A DNA stretch of 64,000 nt from Mytilus edulis (Eukaryota): positions 52,700,001-52,764,000 of the forward strand of contig NC_092355.1 of assembly GCF_963676685.1 (NCBI RefSeq). The letters are read 5' to 3'. Positions 49,969-61,825 of the stretch are shown here, piece by piece. The stretch's first letter is position 1, and the number at the start of each line of letters is the position of its first letter. Under the pieces are notes generated by a model. That model was not told the origin of the DNA and searched no databases. It saw only the letters and a list, made by a program, of their open reading frames with translations. A program made the translations under genes and the position numbers.

Positions 49969-52900
49969 TAGTGGGAGATATTATGGACATAATTGTGCAA
50001 ATCGTGATACAAGCATGAAATTTTGTATACAGCTTGGCTAAATGATAATTAAAAAAAATCCGCTGCTGGCCATAAAAACAAATCATTTTTTCAAAATGGC
50101 CACCGCTCATTTGGAAATGGCGTCATATCCAATTGGCTACATTTCATAAATCCTTTAAAGGCTGTTTTATAGGTATAATCCAAAGTAACTTTTGATAAAA
50201 CTTCAATTAGAATTCCTACAGTACGATGAAACAATACATACATGAAGAAAAGGGTGACTTCCGGTTCCAAAATGGCGGCAACAACGTGGAAAATGTCAAT
50301 TTTATCATTTCTTTTAACTTAACATGAGATGTCACGGTCTTTATTAGATTCAGATGCATATATACAGGTTGTCTATCTTATAATTATCTGACAGTTACCA
50401 ATACACACAACTGTACAAGGAAGACCAGAACGGTAGCATTTACAGTTACCCACACTGATTGATTTCTTGCATTCGCATTTAAATAAATCATGACACGAGG
50501 ATGCAACGACAAGAAGTCCATTTTTGTTACCAACTGCCATTGTTTTCTTTTCTACCATCCAACTCCAGTGTTCATGACTTGGTACATGAACCTGTCGAAT
50601 GCATAAATCCGGATGAGCCCAAACATGTACACCTTGATATGATTCTCTTTTGATCCGGAATAAAACCTCTGGTAGGCATCATAAAGCTGCTGCTTCCTAA
50701 CAAACGATTCAAATCGTGCCTTGTTAACAGCAAATGTTGATGTTGCCATCGTGATGCAAACAAATGCTTCTATTGTGTCAATGTCTTTGTTCTAATACAA
50801 AAGCGGGGTAAAAACGTTCTTTACATCTGGTAATACTTTCCATGTCTGGCAAGCTGACCTCTTCACTTTCCCATGAAATGCCTACACAGTGTCACATCCA
50901 TTGAATGCATGGCAGAAAGGAAGAGCAGCTACACGGGGACCAGACCAATTTGCTATGACATGTAGAGGAAGCCATAGAAAGTCTTCTCAAACCTATTCAC
51001 AATTTGTCCGCATCTTATCTTACGATTGTTGCAATTTCTAATACTACTACAACTGTGTCAGTACTACTTAAAATTCCTTTGTACAATCATTTTCAGCGGC
51101 ATGCATAACATTAACAATGATCTGATTCGTCATGGTTACAAGGGAATAGCTGGGAAGTTTCCGTATTGAAATTGCAAAGAATGTTTAAAAGAGTAACATA
51201 AGCATTTTAATAAATCACTAAAGAAGCCATTATATCAGCAAGAAGCATGAACAAATCCGTTTTGTTGTCATCTTCACAGCGAAAACTACTCCAAATCCTT
51301 GAGGTGTTACCAGAACCAACATCTTTCCGTCTACCACCAGTACCTTGCCTTTTTTCTCTCGCCCTAGCCTTTAAATTATTCATTTAGTAAACATCAAATA
51401 CAATGTTTACTCTGGGATACTTGTCGTTAAAAGATTTTAGGTAAGGCAGTATGACATCATTTGAATAATCATCAAATATTCATGCCCCACGTTGTGACCT
51501 GGAATTAACCATAATGATTGCTGCCCCACCAACGACAAATGTGTCAGAATTGGGATCAGTTGGTGCCCAATCGCAAAATAGACTCATTTGTTGCGATTTA
51601 ATACAACAGTTTAAAGTGATATTCTGAGACAAAGACGGAAGAGCATATTGGTTTTCATGGCTAATGAAATCTTTAAAGTCAAACTGTCAGTTTGACAAGA
51701 AATTAAGGTATTGAAAAGAGATCGCAGTCACTTTTCAGGTTCTCCAGCTTTGTTTTTGACAAAGAACTTTCCAGTTTCATTTTAAACCTTTTATAGGGAA
51801 TTGCTCTTTTTTATCTGGTTATAAAAAGCAGATTCACCTTCGTTTTGCATTTGGTTTCAAAAGGTCTTCGTATTGTTTGGACCCAATATCTTGGATTTTA
51901 TAAACATATATTACCCGCTTCCGAATCAGCAACATCCGTAGGGGAGTCAATTGTGTACAAATCTTACGACTATTCTAGAAATGAATTTCTAAACTCGTTC
52001 ATTACGTTGGAAAGCCTTTGGAGTTTTTCGTAGAAATACTTTTGTGTATCGTAGAGTCTTCATGATGTCGTTCATCTGTTGTAGAATGACTTAAACCACT
52101 AGATCTTTCAAATTTATCTACCAGTCTACTGACTTCTGGTCCAGCTACCATTCATCGTCTCAAAGGGATCTTCGGTTAAACGTATGGCACCAACATCGTC
52201 CTTCACAATTGCATTATTCTGTTTTTGTGTCTGATCAATTGTAATATAAAAAAAAACTTTCTGGTCTTACGCATAGTAAAATTACCACTTGCAAATTCCA
52301 TTGATACCTTTGGGTGTTGTTCGCGAAGATATGTCAGATCTCGGAAATGAATCAGTAACCATCGACCAAAATTAACATGATCAAGACAAACAAAATACGG
52401 TATCATGCTTTGTAAACTACGATATATGCCTTGTGGAATGGGCGTACTCCCGAAAGCACCAGCTAGAAGTTCTTAATTTATAATAATACGCGATATATTA
52501 AACTGTGGTCGGAATGACTCTTTTTCCGTTCGCCAGTTGATCAAATACTTATACTTCACAGAGTCATGAGCTATATTTTCTGCGTTTACGCTTTCATAAG
52601 GTGACATTATCAATTCAAGCAAAACACATGCTGTTATCTGATGCACGTGTTTAGTCCTAATTACATTTGAACATTGAACATTCTAGGTGTTGCAATATCG
52701 GCTTCAGTGAGGGCACTTGTCCATGTTCTATCACACAATATTTTACTCAGACTTTTAAAACATTGCATTGTACAATCCACCAAACATGACGACAAACTTA
52801 TCTTCTCCGTACAAATCTGGCCATTCCCACTGAAATTGCTTAGCCAATACCAAAGTGGTTGATGTGCAGCTATAATATATGGTTGCCCGGGATTTAGAAG

Positions 52901-53587
52901 GTTAACCACCTTGTTCACCTTATCCAATGAATGCTTAATAATTGCACATGAAAGGGCGTGTTTTATAAACAGTGGCATCATAGAAGTTACACTTACTTGA
53001 TCAGAAGAGCCTAGATCTTTAGAGGAAAGAAAGGACGACAAAGATAGTTTTACGAAATCCAAATCCTCATCTGATTTACATCATTGTGCCCTTGTAGTGC
53101 GTGCAAATCGCTCTTAATGCCTTTGAAAAGTGTGCGCATGCACGAAATTGTTAAACGCATGGGTATCGTAACCTCGAAAATGTTATAAAACAAATACATA
53201 ACATCATTAAAACTACCAAAGAGCTAAGTATATAATGAATAGTTCAACTGTTTTTGTGTGATTTTTGTAACATTTTCGCGCATGCGCAAACCATGAACAT
53301 ATTAATTTCTAGTATATATTTCACATGTTAAAAAGTTAGCCACCTAATTTGATATTTATATTCTAAAAAAAGGTCAAAGACAACATTTTCCAGAAAAATA
53401 AGTATTTTAGAACTGGAAAAAACAGCCATTTTAGAAAACGTGGTGGCCATCTTGAAAAAGTTATTTTTTTTTATGGCCAGCAGTTATTTCTAAAAAAGTG
53501 TATAATAATGATGCTTCGTGCTAATTTTCATGCTTGTATCATCATTTGCACAATTCCCTCGATTTTGCTTGCTAATATCTTCCACTA
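49969..53587 (-). mobile_element. AcademX DNA transposon, internally deleted and degenerate
   Basis: ACC|TAGTGGGAGATATTA ... TAATATCTTCCACTA|ACC (3-bp TSD, long imperfect TIRs); minus-strand remnants SMMPLF..LNPGQ..HQPL, LDHVNFGRWL, HAFNGCDTV (XPG-like) and CECKK..CKC..GLPCT..C Cys cluster. Confidence 0.85.
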
Positions 53588-54138
53588 ACCGAGCAATAAT
53601 CGAGTACTCTCGTTGAATCCATATCATATATCTAAAATATGCGAAACTTAACTCGATATTAAAGGCGATCTTATTTTCCTTCTTTTTTTTAGATGTCTTA
53701 AACTCTGCTGATGATTAAAGAATTTATACCATTATTACGACAGATTTTCACACAAAAAAAATGCTAGATGTTATAATATAAGTTATTTTGAATGTTAAAC
53801 TAAACGATATATACAATACGATCAACTCTATCTCTATATTTTAGAATCATAGAATCGAACAAATGTGATCTGAAGTAAACAACAGAATTAATTTCCCACT
53901 GAAAGCAGCCCTTGTTGACCTTCTGAATAGAGATGTGATTGATATGGATGACAATGTAACGAAATATTGCATTTCCAACACTCTGGTAAAAATTGGAAAC
54001 ATGGCACTTAATAGATTTTTCAATACTTGGAATGTACACAGGATTCCAGGTCAGTATTTCAGAATAAACTGAAAAATAACAGACATTCACTACAAATTTT
54101 GGTTTTCTTTAAATTATTGGTCAGATATTAAAAAACTG

Positions 54139-55260
54139 TTTTTAAACTCACCAGGACCAATGGGCCAAGTGACATTTTTTCATCGCTAGGCGTCCGTCGT
54201 TCGTGAACTTTTATAAAAAACAGTTCTCCTCTGAAACTACTGGGCCAAATTTAACCGAACTTGGGCACAATCACCATTGGGGTATCTTGTTTAGAAAACG
54301 TGTCCGATGACCCGGTCCGGCAACCAATCAAGTTGATCGCAATGGCTAAATATAGAACATAAGGGTAAAACGTAGATTTTGGTTTATATCTTTGAAACTA
54401 AAACATTTAGAGCAAACCTGACAAGGGGGACGAAATTTGTCATCAGGTGAAGATCTATCTGTCCGGAAATTTTCAGACAAATCTGGCAACCCGTTGTTGG
54501 GTTGCTGCACCTGAATTGGGTAGCACTCCACAGTTAGGTGTGTAGTTTCGCATTTTGGCCCCTGTAGATTTTTCAAATATGATAGCTAGTGTGCAATTAA
54601 ATTCATTTTTGGATAGCTGAGGATTAAATTAGCCTTCCTACCATCAATATTATGTTATGTATTTAATATAGGCTGTTTTCTGTATGACAGTCCATATTTG
54701 CATATCCATACCATACATAGGTCCCGCAATTATTGTTATGTTTTTTAACTTTTTGTCGCCCGAACTTTGTGATAAAATTTTGCGAAATGAGGAGAAAGGC
54801 ATCCATGTTTTATTCGGTCATTAGAAAGATTAATGACAACAGTTTCTAAAAAGGTATCACTCATAGGCATTGCAATTCTAGTTTGATCCATTTTTTGTGG
54901 GGGGGGGGGGGAGGATATATGACATTTTCATCCCCCTTTTTGCAATATTTTATGGTAAATGAATGCAGAATGTTTCCATGGATACACATAAAAGAAATTA
55001 TATTTCACCCTTTTAACTTTTGAAACTCAAATCTATGGAAGATACTGATTACATACATATGCACATGTAAAACACAAACAGTTACTAGATTAATGTATTA
55101 CAAATCCAGGAAAAGGAGATGATAAAATATTTTGTGGTTAATCTCTAATTTTATTTTCTAACTGTAGAGTGCTCCCTTATTTTGCAGTTTTTGGTTTCTA
55201 TTATCTTGAATATTATTATAGATAGAGATAAACTTTAAACAGCAATAATTTTCAGCTTGA
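54139..55260 (+). mobile_element. Helentron-derived HINE-like element with a nested ~650-bp TIR element (~54519-55176)
   Basis: ctcaccaggaccaatgggccaagtga 5' stem plus cgtccgtcg microsatellite; inner TIRs agcactccacagttag / ctaactgtagagtgct. Confidence 0.55.
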
Positions 55261-56149
55261 CAATGCTGCTGATTTTAAAATACTCCATTCTAGGCCCTTT
55301 TGTTTTCCAAATAGTTAATAATATCAATAATTTAATAATTGATATGATTCAGGTCGATGGGTTCATACGGAAAGATTTTGAAAGCAGAGAAAACTGTGTA
55401 TCTTATAATCAGATGACAATACCAATAGTAAAAGTCCAGGCTAAGATAACACATAGTTATATACTAGTACTTTAATTCAGTCACGGACCTGCGATATCGT
55501 TCAAGTATCTCTGAAACTAAAACATAAGTATAACGGTTGGAATATTTCATGCATCAACAATGAACAAACATAATGTGGTCAGATCAAAGACGAGCAATAT
55601 CTATACAAACTAAAATCAAATATTTAGAATCATACCGTCGATAGATGTGATGCCTGTCTCTTTTTATACCGAGGAGATCTAGATAAGCCTGCATTGTTGT
55701 GTAAAATAAGGCTTTACGACGAAATAAATCAATAAAATACGGCAACTAGAAATGTAAACAAGAACTATCTTTAAAAAAGATATCCGACGTATTTAATTTT
55801 GAGTATATGTTTAAAAAAACTGCGGAAATCTCACATGCGTAGGTGCGTTCTTAGTCGTGTACGTTCGTACAACAAAGTTGACATTGAAAATCATATAATT
55901 GTCCCGAATAAACAGCTGTCATGGATGCTAAGAGCTATTGGAGAAACAACTATTTTCATAAAAATATAAATCTTTGTAAGATCTAGTTCAAATATTTATA
56001 GTTTTTCACTTGCTTTCCATCACGATATAATTAACGAGACGTGTTTTCAAACACAACCAAATCACCCACCATGACAGCATTTTGTCCAATCACAGAAAAG
56101 ATTTTCGAGCATGCGTATTCTGTTGCCATAGTTCAGCGTCCTAGGTTCA

Positions 56150-56437
56150 AAGGGCACAAACCGCAACTATACCGACTACGTCGGAAAAATCGATAGAAAG
56201 GGATTTGAACCCCGACTTATTTATGAATAATATCCCAGACTGCTGTTCATAAGGAGACGATCATGTGATTTCTGAACAGGTTGTGTGGTTCCAAAAGGAT
56301 ATTTTTAGGATGGACTAAAAATATTTCTATTTGATGCCTCGCACGCATCAGATATCTAATTCGGTCGCCTTTTCCGCTCAATCATTTAGTTTCATATTTG
56401 TACACAATAGTAGTCTTCATTATACCCCACGCAACGA

Positions 56438-56473
<36 letters not shown>

Positions 56474-57509
56474 CGTCAGTCCGTCAGTCCTGTTTCTTGT
56501 CATCGCAACTCCTCTCAAACCACACAACAGAATTTCACGAAACCTTTTCAGATAATAAGGACATACTATGTAGTTGTGCATATCGACAGGAAATTGCGAT
56601 TCAATTTTTTTTCTAGGAGTTACGCCCCTTTGAACTTATTTACTTTAATGTACTACTGCAACAGTTTGTCATCGCAACTCCTCTCAAACCACACAACAGA
56701 ATTTCATGAAACTTTGTAGATAATAAGGACATACTATGTAGATGTGCATATCGACAGGAAATTACGGTTCAATTTTTTTTCTAGGAGTTATGCCCCTTTG
56801 AACTTATTTGCTTCAATGTACTTCTGCAACAGTTTGTCATCTCAACTCCTCTGAAAACACACAACAGAATTTCATGAAATTTTGTAGATAATAAGGACAT
56901 ACTATGTATATTGAAAGGAAATTATTATTCAATATTTTTTCTTATACAATTTTTTTTTCTTATACTTATTTAATTTCTCCAATGACAATGTGGGGACGTG
57001 GGGTATGTGAGCGTGCTCACTAAGGTTCTTTAATTTTGTACTGCAAAATATTTATGATTATATTGTCTTATATAAATATGTTTGCAGGTCTTGGCTAAAT
57101 CGTTCTAATGACTTAAAATGAAACTACCCCGGAAACAACTACAGCTTTCGTACAGATTGATCCAACCGAGTATAATAACTACATTCATATCTTTTACTCC
57201 ACAGGTAAAGGTATTCTGAATCAGCTTGCTGAATTGACGAGGGGCATTGTCTACACATCAGACATCGTTCTTCCAACGGCTAATGAAGCAGCTGAAATGT
57301 ATAGAAATGATTGTGGCTCTACGTTAACCAGACATTTGTCTTTCGGAACTGACCCTTTTCACACAGACAGAGGAAAAGAAATCTGCGAAATGGATATTAA
57401 CATACAGTTTCCTGACTTGTTAGAACTACTAGGTGAAACTTGCAACGAAAACTACGGTCCCTTTCAGAATGCTATTCTGTATCTGATAGCAAAAGTAAAA
57501 TCTGTATAA
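56150..57509 (+). pseudogene. Degenerate integrase-core (DDE) transposase remnant, possibly IS3EU-like, split by the HINE
   Basis: GKGILNQL..LPTANEAAEMY..GSTLT..FGTDPF..FPD..YGPFQNAI (ORF 57234-57509) and an upstream RDLNP remnant resemble this transposase family from memory; not verified. Confidence 0.35.
56422..57032 (+). mobile_element. HINE (Helentron-associated non-autonomous element) with ~2.6 internal 169-bp tandem repeats
   Basis: Sub-TIRs ataccccacg / cgtggggtat, 5' stem cgcaac-gaa-gttgcg, (ccgt) microsatellite, core repeats at 56501/56670/56838, 3' palindrome gtgagc-gt-gctcac. Confidence 0.85.
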
Positions 57510-58310
57510 TAAGTTCATTCAAATGTAGGACAAACAATTAGGTTTTTACACGAGCACAAAGGAGGATGATGACACCGATGGTATCAGATGTTATCAAATG
57601 TGCAATGAATAATTAACCAAGAAATAAAAATAAATCATCAATGGAACCAAGCTTATTACTGTGTACGCCAGACCCGTGTTTCTTCATCAAAAGAACCATC
57701 AGCGATGTTCGAATTCTAAAAGTTAAACGGCGAAATCAGATAAAAAATCAAGCATACCTAAAACAAATCAAAAAGCTAATAAAATTAAACGTGTTCAATC
57801 AGCTCAACCGAAGCAAAAAAAAAAAAAAAGAAAAATAGCCATATTCCTACAATTTAACTTGGTGCAGAGGCATTTCCTATTATATTTCCAACCTTAAAGC
57901 CTACTAGATTAACATTCAAACAGGCATACTATTAGGTTAAATTCACATTAATTGGGATTCAGCAAACAAAACTGTGTAATAACATCACACTTGACTGAAA
58001 AGTTCAAACAATTGTGAAGGTATAAATTCTGCGTATTTATATAGATGTATAGTACTAATACATAGATATAGGAAGATGTGGTGTGAGTGCCAATGAGACA
58101 ACTCTCCATACAAATAACAATTTAAAAAGTAAACCATTATAGGTTAAAGTACGGCCTTCAACATGGAGCCTTAGCTCACACCGAACAACAAGCTATAAAG
58201 GGCCCCAAAATTACTAGTGTAAAACCATTCAAACGGGAAAACCAACGGTCTAATCTATATAAACAAAACGAGAAACGAGAAACACGTATATATTACATAA
58301 ACAAACGACA

Positions 58311-58414
58311 ACTACTGTACATCAGATTCCTGACTTAGGACAGGTGCAAACATTTGCAGCGGGATTAAACGTTTTAATGGATCCAAACCTTCTCCCTTTT
58401 TCTGAAACAATAGC
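58311..58414 (-). ncRNA. Type-P5 twister-ribozyme-like motif in the Naiad 3' region
   Basis: P5-GGGA-GA-AGG-[linker]-UAA-UCCC-GC-(UGCAAA ug UUUGCA)-CCUG-UCCU-AA-GU-CAGG-P5'; compensatory changes relative to the 47859-47967 family. Confidence 0.68.
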
Positions 58415-58895
58415 ATAACATCACAACAAAGAAAAACATACGATAAAATATCAATTGGCAGACTTAACTCAATCAAAAAACGTATGATTAAACAATGAAC
58501 GAATAAATTTGATCTGCGATATCTGAATACAAATGCACAGTTAATTAAATATTAGAGACAAACATTCATGACCAAAAAGCTAACAAACAAATTCAAAAAC
58601 AGGACATGACTGAGAAATATTTAACCAATCAATGTTCACTTTAGAAAAAAACCGTTTTTTTTTTTAATCTTGAAGTTTATACAAATGTTGTAAGAATAAG
58701 TGAAAAATTGAAGATATTACAAATAATCAAAGCTGGTGTACAGACAAGATCCATATAAATAAAAAATAACAAAAAAGCATTATAAACAGTATCAACAGGT
58801 CGAATTAACAAGAAAATACGATTTGAGAGTACTCGCAGTTACTGACAGCTAGTTAAAAGCCAAAACCAATTAATAATAAAAAATCATGCATCAGA

Positions 58896-58953
58896 GACTA
58901 AAATCGACTAAAACACATCACAGGGATTTAGTATTTTAACGTCATTAATAGTC
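58896..58953 (-). promoter_or_regulatory. SECIS element (type II-like)
   Basis: gacua uua AUGAC guuaaaauac u AA auc-ccugu-gau guguuuuagu CGAU uu uaguc: helix I, UGAC/CGAU quartet, 10-bp helix II, apical AA, mini-stem; ~135 nt after the stop. Confidence 0.82.
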
Positions 58954-59087
58954 AAAGAAGACATGACTTGTGCAATGCCAAAAATAAATGTATCGACAGG
59001 TAGTAGTATAGTGAAGAGCGACTTCTATAGAAATAAAAGTTAACGTGTCTGTGTCTCTATACATCTCGCCTCAAACGATAATGAAAT

Positions 59088-61796
59088 TTAGTTATGTTTT
59101 AATTTGCTAATGACAATATCAATATTAGTGCCAATGTGAACTATATTCAGAGATCTTATTACAATATTGGTACGATAACCCTTACTTATAAGTTTGTTTA
59201 AAGGTTCGATGAGATTACAAGGATCACATAGTGATTTCCTCGCTTTAAGTACAATATTACCATAAAATTTAGGATGTGAAATACCATTTTTAATAAGCTT
59301 TCTACAGGTATAGCCAAATTTACTAATCAAATCTTTGTATCTCTGAAAGAATTTAGTAAAAGTTTTAAGTAATTTATGGTATCGAAATCCCTGACACAAC
59401 AATTTACCAGTGATGCATTGATTACGTTCGTTAAAATCTATGACATCAGAACACACACGGGCAAACCGAACGAGTTGCGATATATAAACACCGTATGATG
59501 GAGCCAAAGGCACATCGCCGTCTAAAAAAGGAAAATTAACAATAGGAAATGAAAAATCGTCTCTTTTGTCGTAAATTTTAGTGTGAAGTTTCCCGTTTGA
59601 AATTGAAATGTCTAAATCTAGAAAAGGACAACTGCTGCTGTTTATGTTAGATTTAGTTAAATTAAGTTCGTTTGGGTAAATTTCTGAAGTATATTTAGAG
59701 AACCCTGGATTATTCAACGAAAAAATATCATCCAGATAACGGTAGGTATTTTTGAATGTATCAACCAAATGTAACAATGATGGGTCTTTACTGAGTTTGG
59801 TCATAAACTGAGATTCATAGCAATATAGAAATAAATCTGCTATTAAAGGGGCACAGTTGGTGCCCATAGGAATACCTACTACCTGACGATACACTTTATC
59901 GCCGAAATGTACATAAATGTTATCAAGCAGAAAGTTTAAAGCTTCAATCATATCCTCACATTTCCAGTAAGTGTATCTAGCATATTTTCCTTTTTCGTTA
60001 CAGAAAAAGGCCTTAAACGAGTTACAGCAAATAAAATTACAATGAGATTTTTCGAAAGACCATTTTATCAAATACAAAAACTTTTTCTTTATAAGATTGT
60101 GTGGAAGTGTAGTGTACAGAGTAGAAAAATCATAACTGTCAACAGAATTGTAAGGACCATTGAAAGCATGTATTTTATCTAAAACCTCTAAAGAATTTTT
60201 AACACTCCAAAAATAATTAATACCATTATTTTCATAAGCTTTATTACAAAAGTTAATAACCAGTTCTTTGATAGTAGTAAGGGAGGTGGTTAGAAGCACT
60301 GATAGATTAGTAGTAAAACACTTACTGGAAGCGGAGATGAAACGGAATTTAAATGGTTTTTTGTGTAATTTCGGTAACCAGTACATGGTAGGGACTTTCA
60401 AATGTTCGGAAGATGCTTTAAGCTGGGCAGTGGCAGTGGTATGCTTGTTAACGATTTGACTCTCTGTGGTGCGCACTGACCTGAATGTAGAGGAATTGAT
60501 AATTTCGTTTTGAAGAACTTTTGTGTAGTATATGCGTCACACAACCACTACATTATTTGCTGCCTTGTCTGCTGGTACGAACACAAACCGCTCTGCGAGT
60601 ACCTTGAGTTTGTTTTTTATTCTAGAAATGGGTATATCATGGTTCCTATTATTAATTTCAGAATTGTTTTCTAAATGAGATATTCGAATATCAACCGTAT
60701 CCATAATTTTATTCAAATAACTGTCTAAAGATTTTTTATCGGATTTTTCACGTTTGCACCAATTTTTACAATAGGCAGACAGAGCGTCTTTAATGACCTG
60801 ACAACACTGTTTACAATTTATTGTAGATGGAGGACGGTATTTCGGTCCTTTCTTTAGAAAAGTTATGACTTCACGGTCATCGACGATGTTGAGGTCTCCT
60901 GTGATAACATGACCATCGGGAACATATTTAAAACTAGATGTTTCGCAATCTCAAGTGGAAGGAACATTATTTTCTATATTGACGTCTGTTGTAATTGACG
61001 TATAATTGAAAATCAAATTTCTGCTTGGTTTTTTATAAGAATACGAAATAATGGGTTGTTCTATATTATCAAAATATGGAGGTATTAAGCTATAGACAGA
61101 AGAGTCATTGAATATGCTAGACAAATTAATAAAATCAATACCTCTATTTATATATTTTAATTTGAGAAAATGTCGTTTATGATTTTCAGGTTTATCAATA
61201 ATAGGAAAAAGCCTGTGATGACAAATGGCTGTAATAATACGGGTATATTCATAAAATGGGCTAAAAAAAGAAATTTTATCACACTCCAGAAAAATAGCAT
61301 ATAATTTACTTATAGGTATCTGACCCAGTTTGCATAATACTTGATGTCTGCCATTATTCTTTATTATATATAACAGATCAGCAAGTGTATAATTTATACG
61401 ATGTTAAATACGTTGATTACGGTTCTTGCGTTTACCATGAGACCTATTATTTCTAAGTCGTTTATCAACAATATTAATGACATCGATATGAGTTTTAGAT
61501 ATGTTCCCCTGCCCTAATATTTTATCATTTAGACCGAGAGGATAAGCTGTTTGAAGTCTTTTTATCCAAAACAATTCGCGAACTTCGCGTGATTTTTCAA
61601 ATTGCTTGTGCGATTCTCCTGGTTGTTTTTGAACGGTTTCGAGCGGTTGGAATTTTATATATTTCAGATTATGATTATGCTTATCTAAATGCTGATATAC
61701 TAAACTTTTGAATTTTTTGGGTCTACGAAAGCGGTAGAGATGTTCTTGATTTCTTCTGAAATACTCTCGTCCCGTCTGTCCCACATATTGAATACC
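59088..61796 (-). CDS. Naiad EN-RT polyprotein, putative selenoprotein (UGA at 60953-60951 and 60539-60537; one inactivating TAA at 61406-61404)
   Basis: ORFs 61404-61784 and 59088-60476 are in the same frame (offset 1308 nt); the intervening sequence translates openly except PST-UGA-DC and ADKAANNVVVV-UGA-RIYY. Confidence 0.82.
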
Positions 61797-61825
61797 ACTG
61801 AGAGTTCATAAAACTTCATACTTAA

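Larger units (their letters stand above)
58060..61800 (-). mobile_element. Naiad-type Penelope-like retroelement (N-terminal GIY-YIG, then RT), slightly 5'-truncated, with ~1-kb structured 3' region
   Basis: GIQYVGQT..RELFWIKRLQTAYPLGLND endonuclease upstream of PLE RT motifs YWLPKLHK, DFSTLYT, GIPMGTNCAP, YRYLDD, FLDL, YDKRDDF. Confidence 0.92.

Noticed and set aside
61404-61406. TAA as a programmed read-through or true ORF boundary
   Set aside because: TAA is not recoded by SECIS and the frame continues with family-like sequence; a private nonsense mutation is simpler
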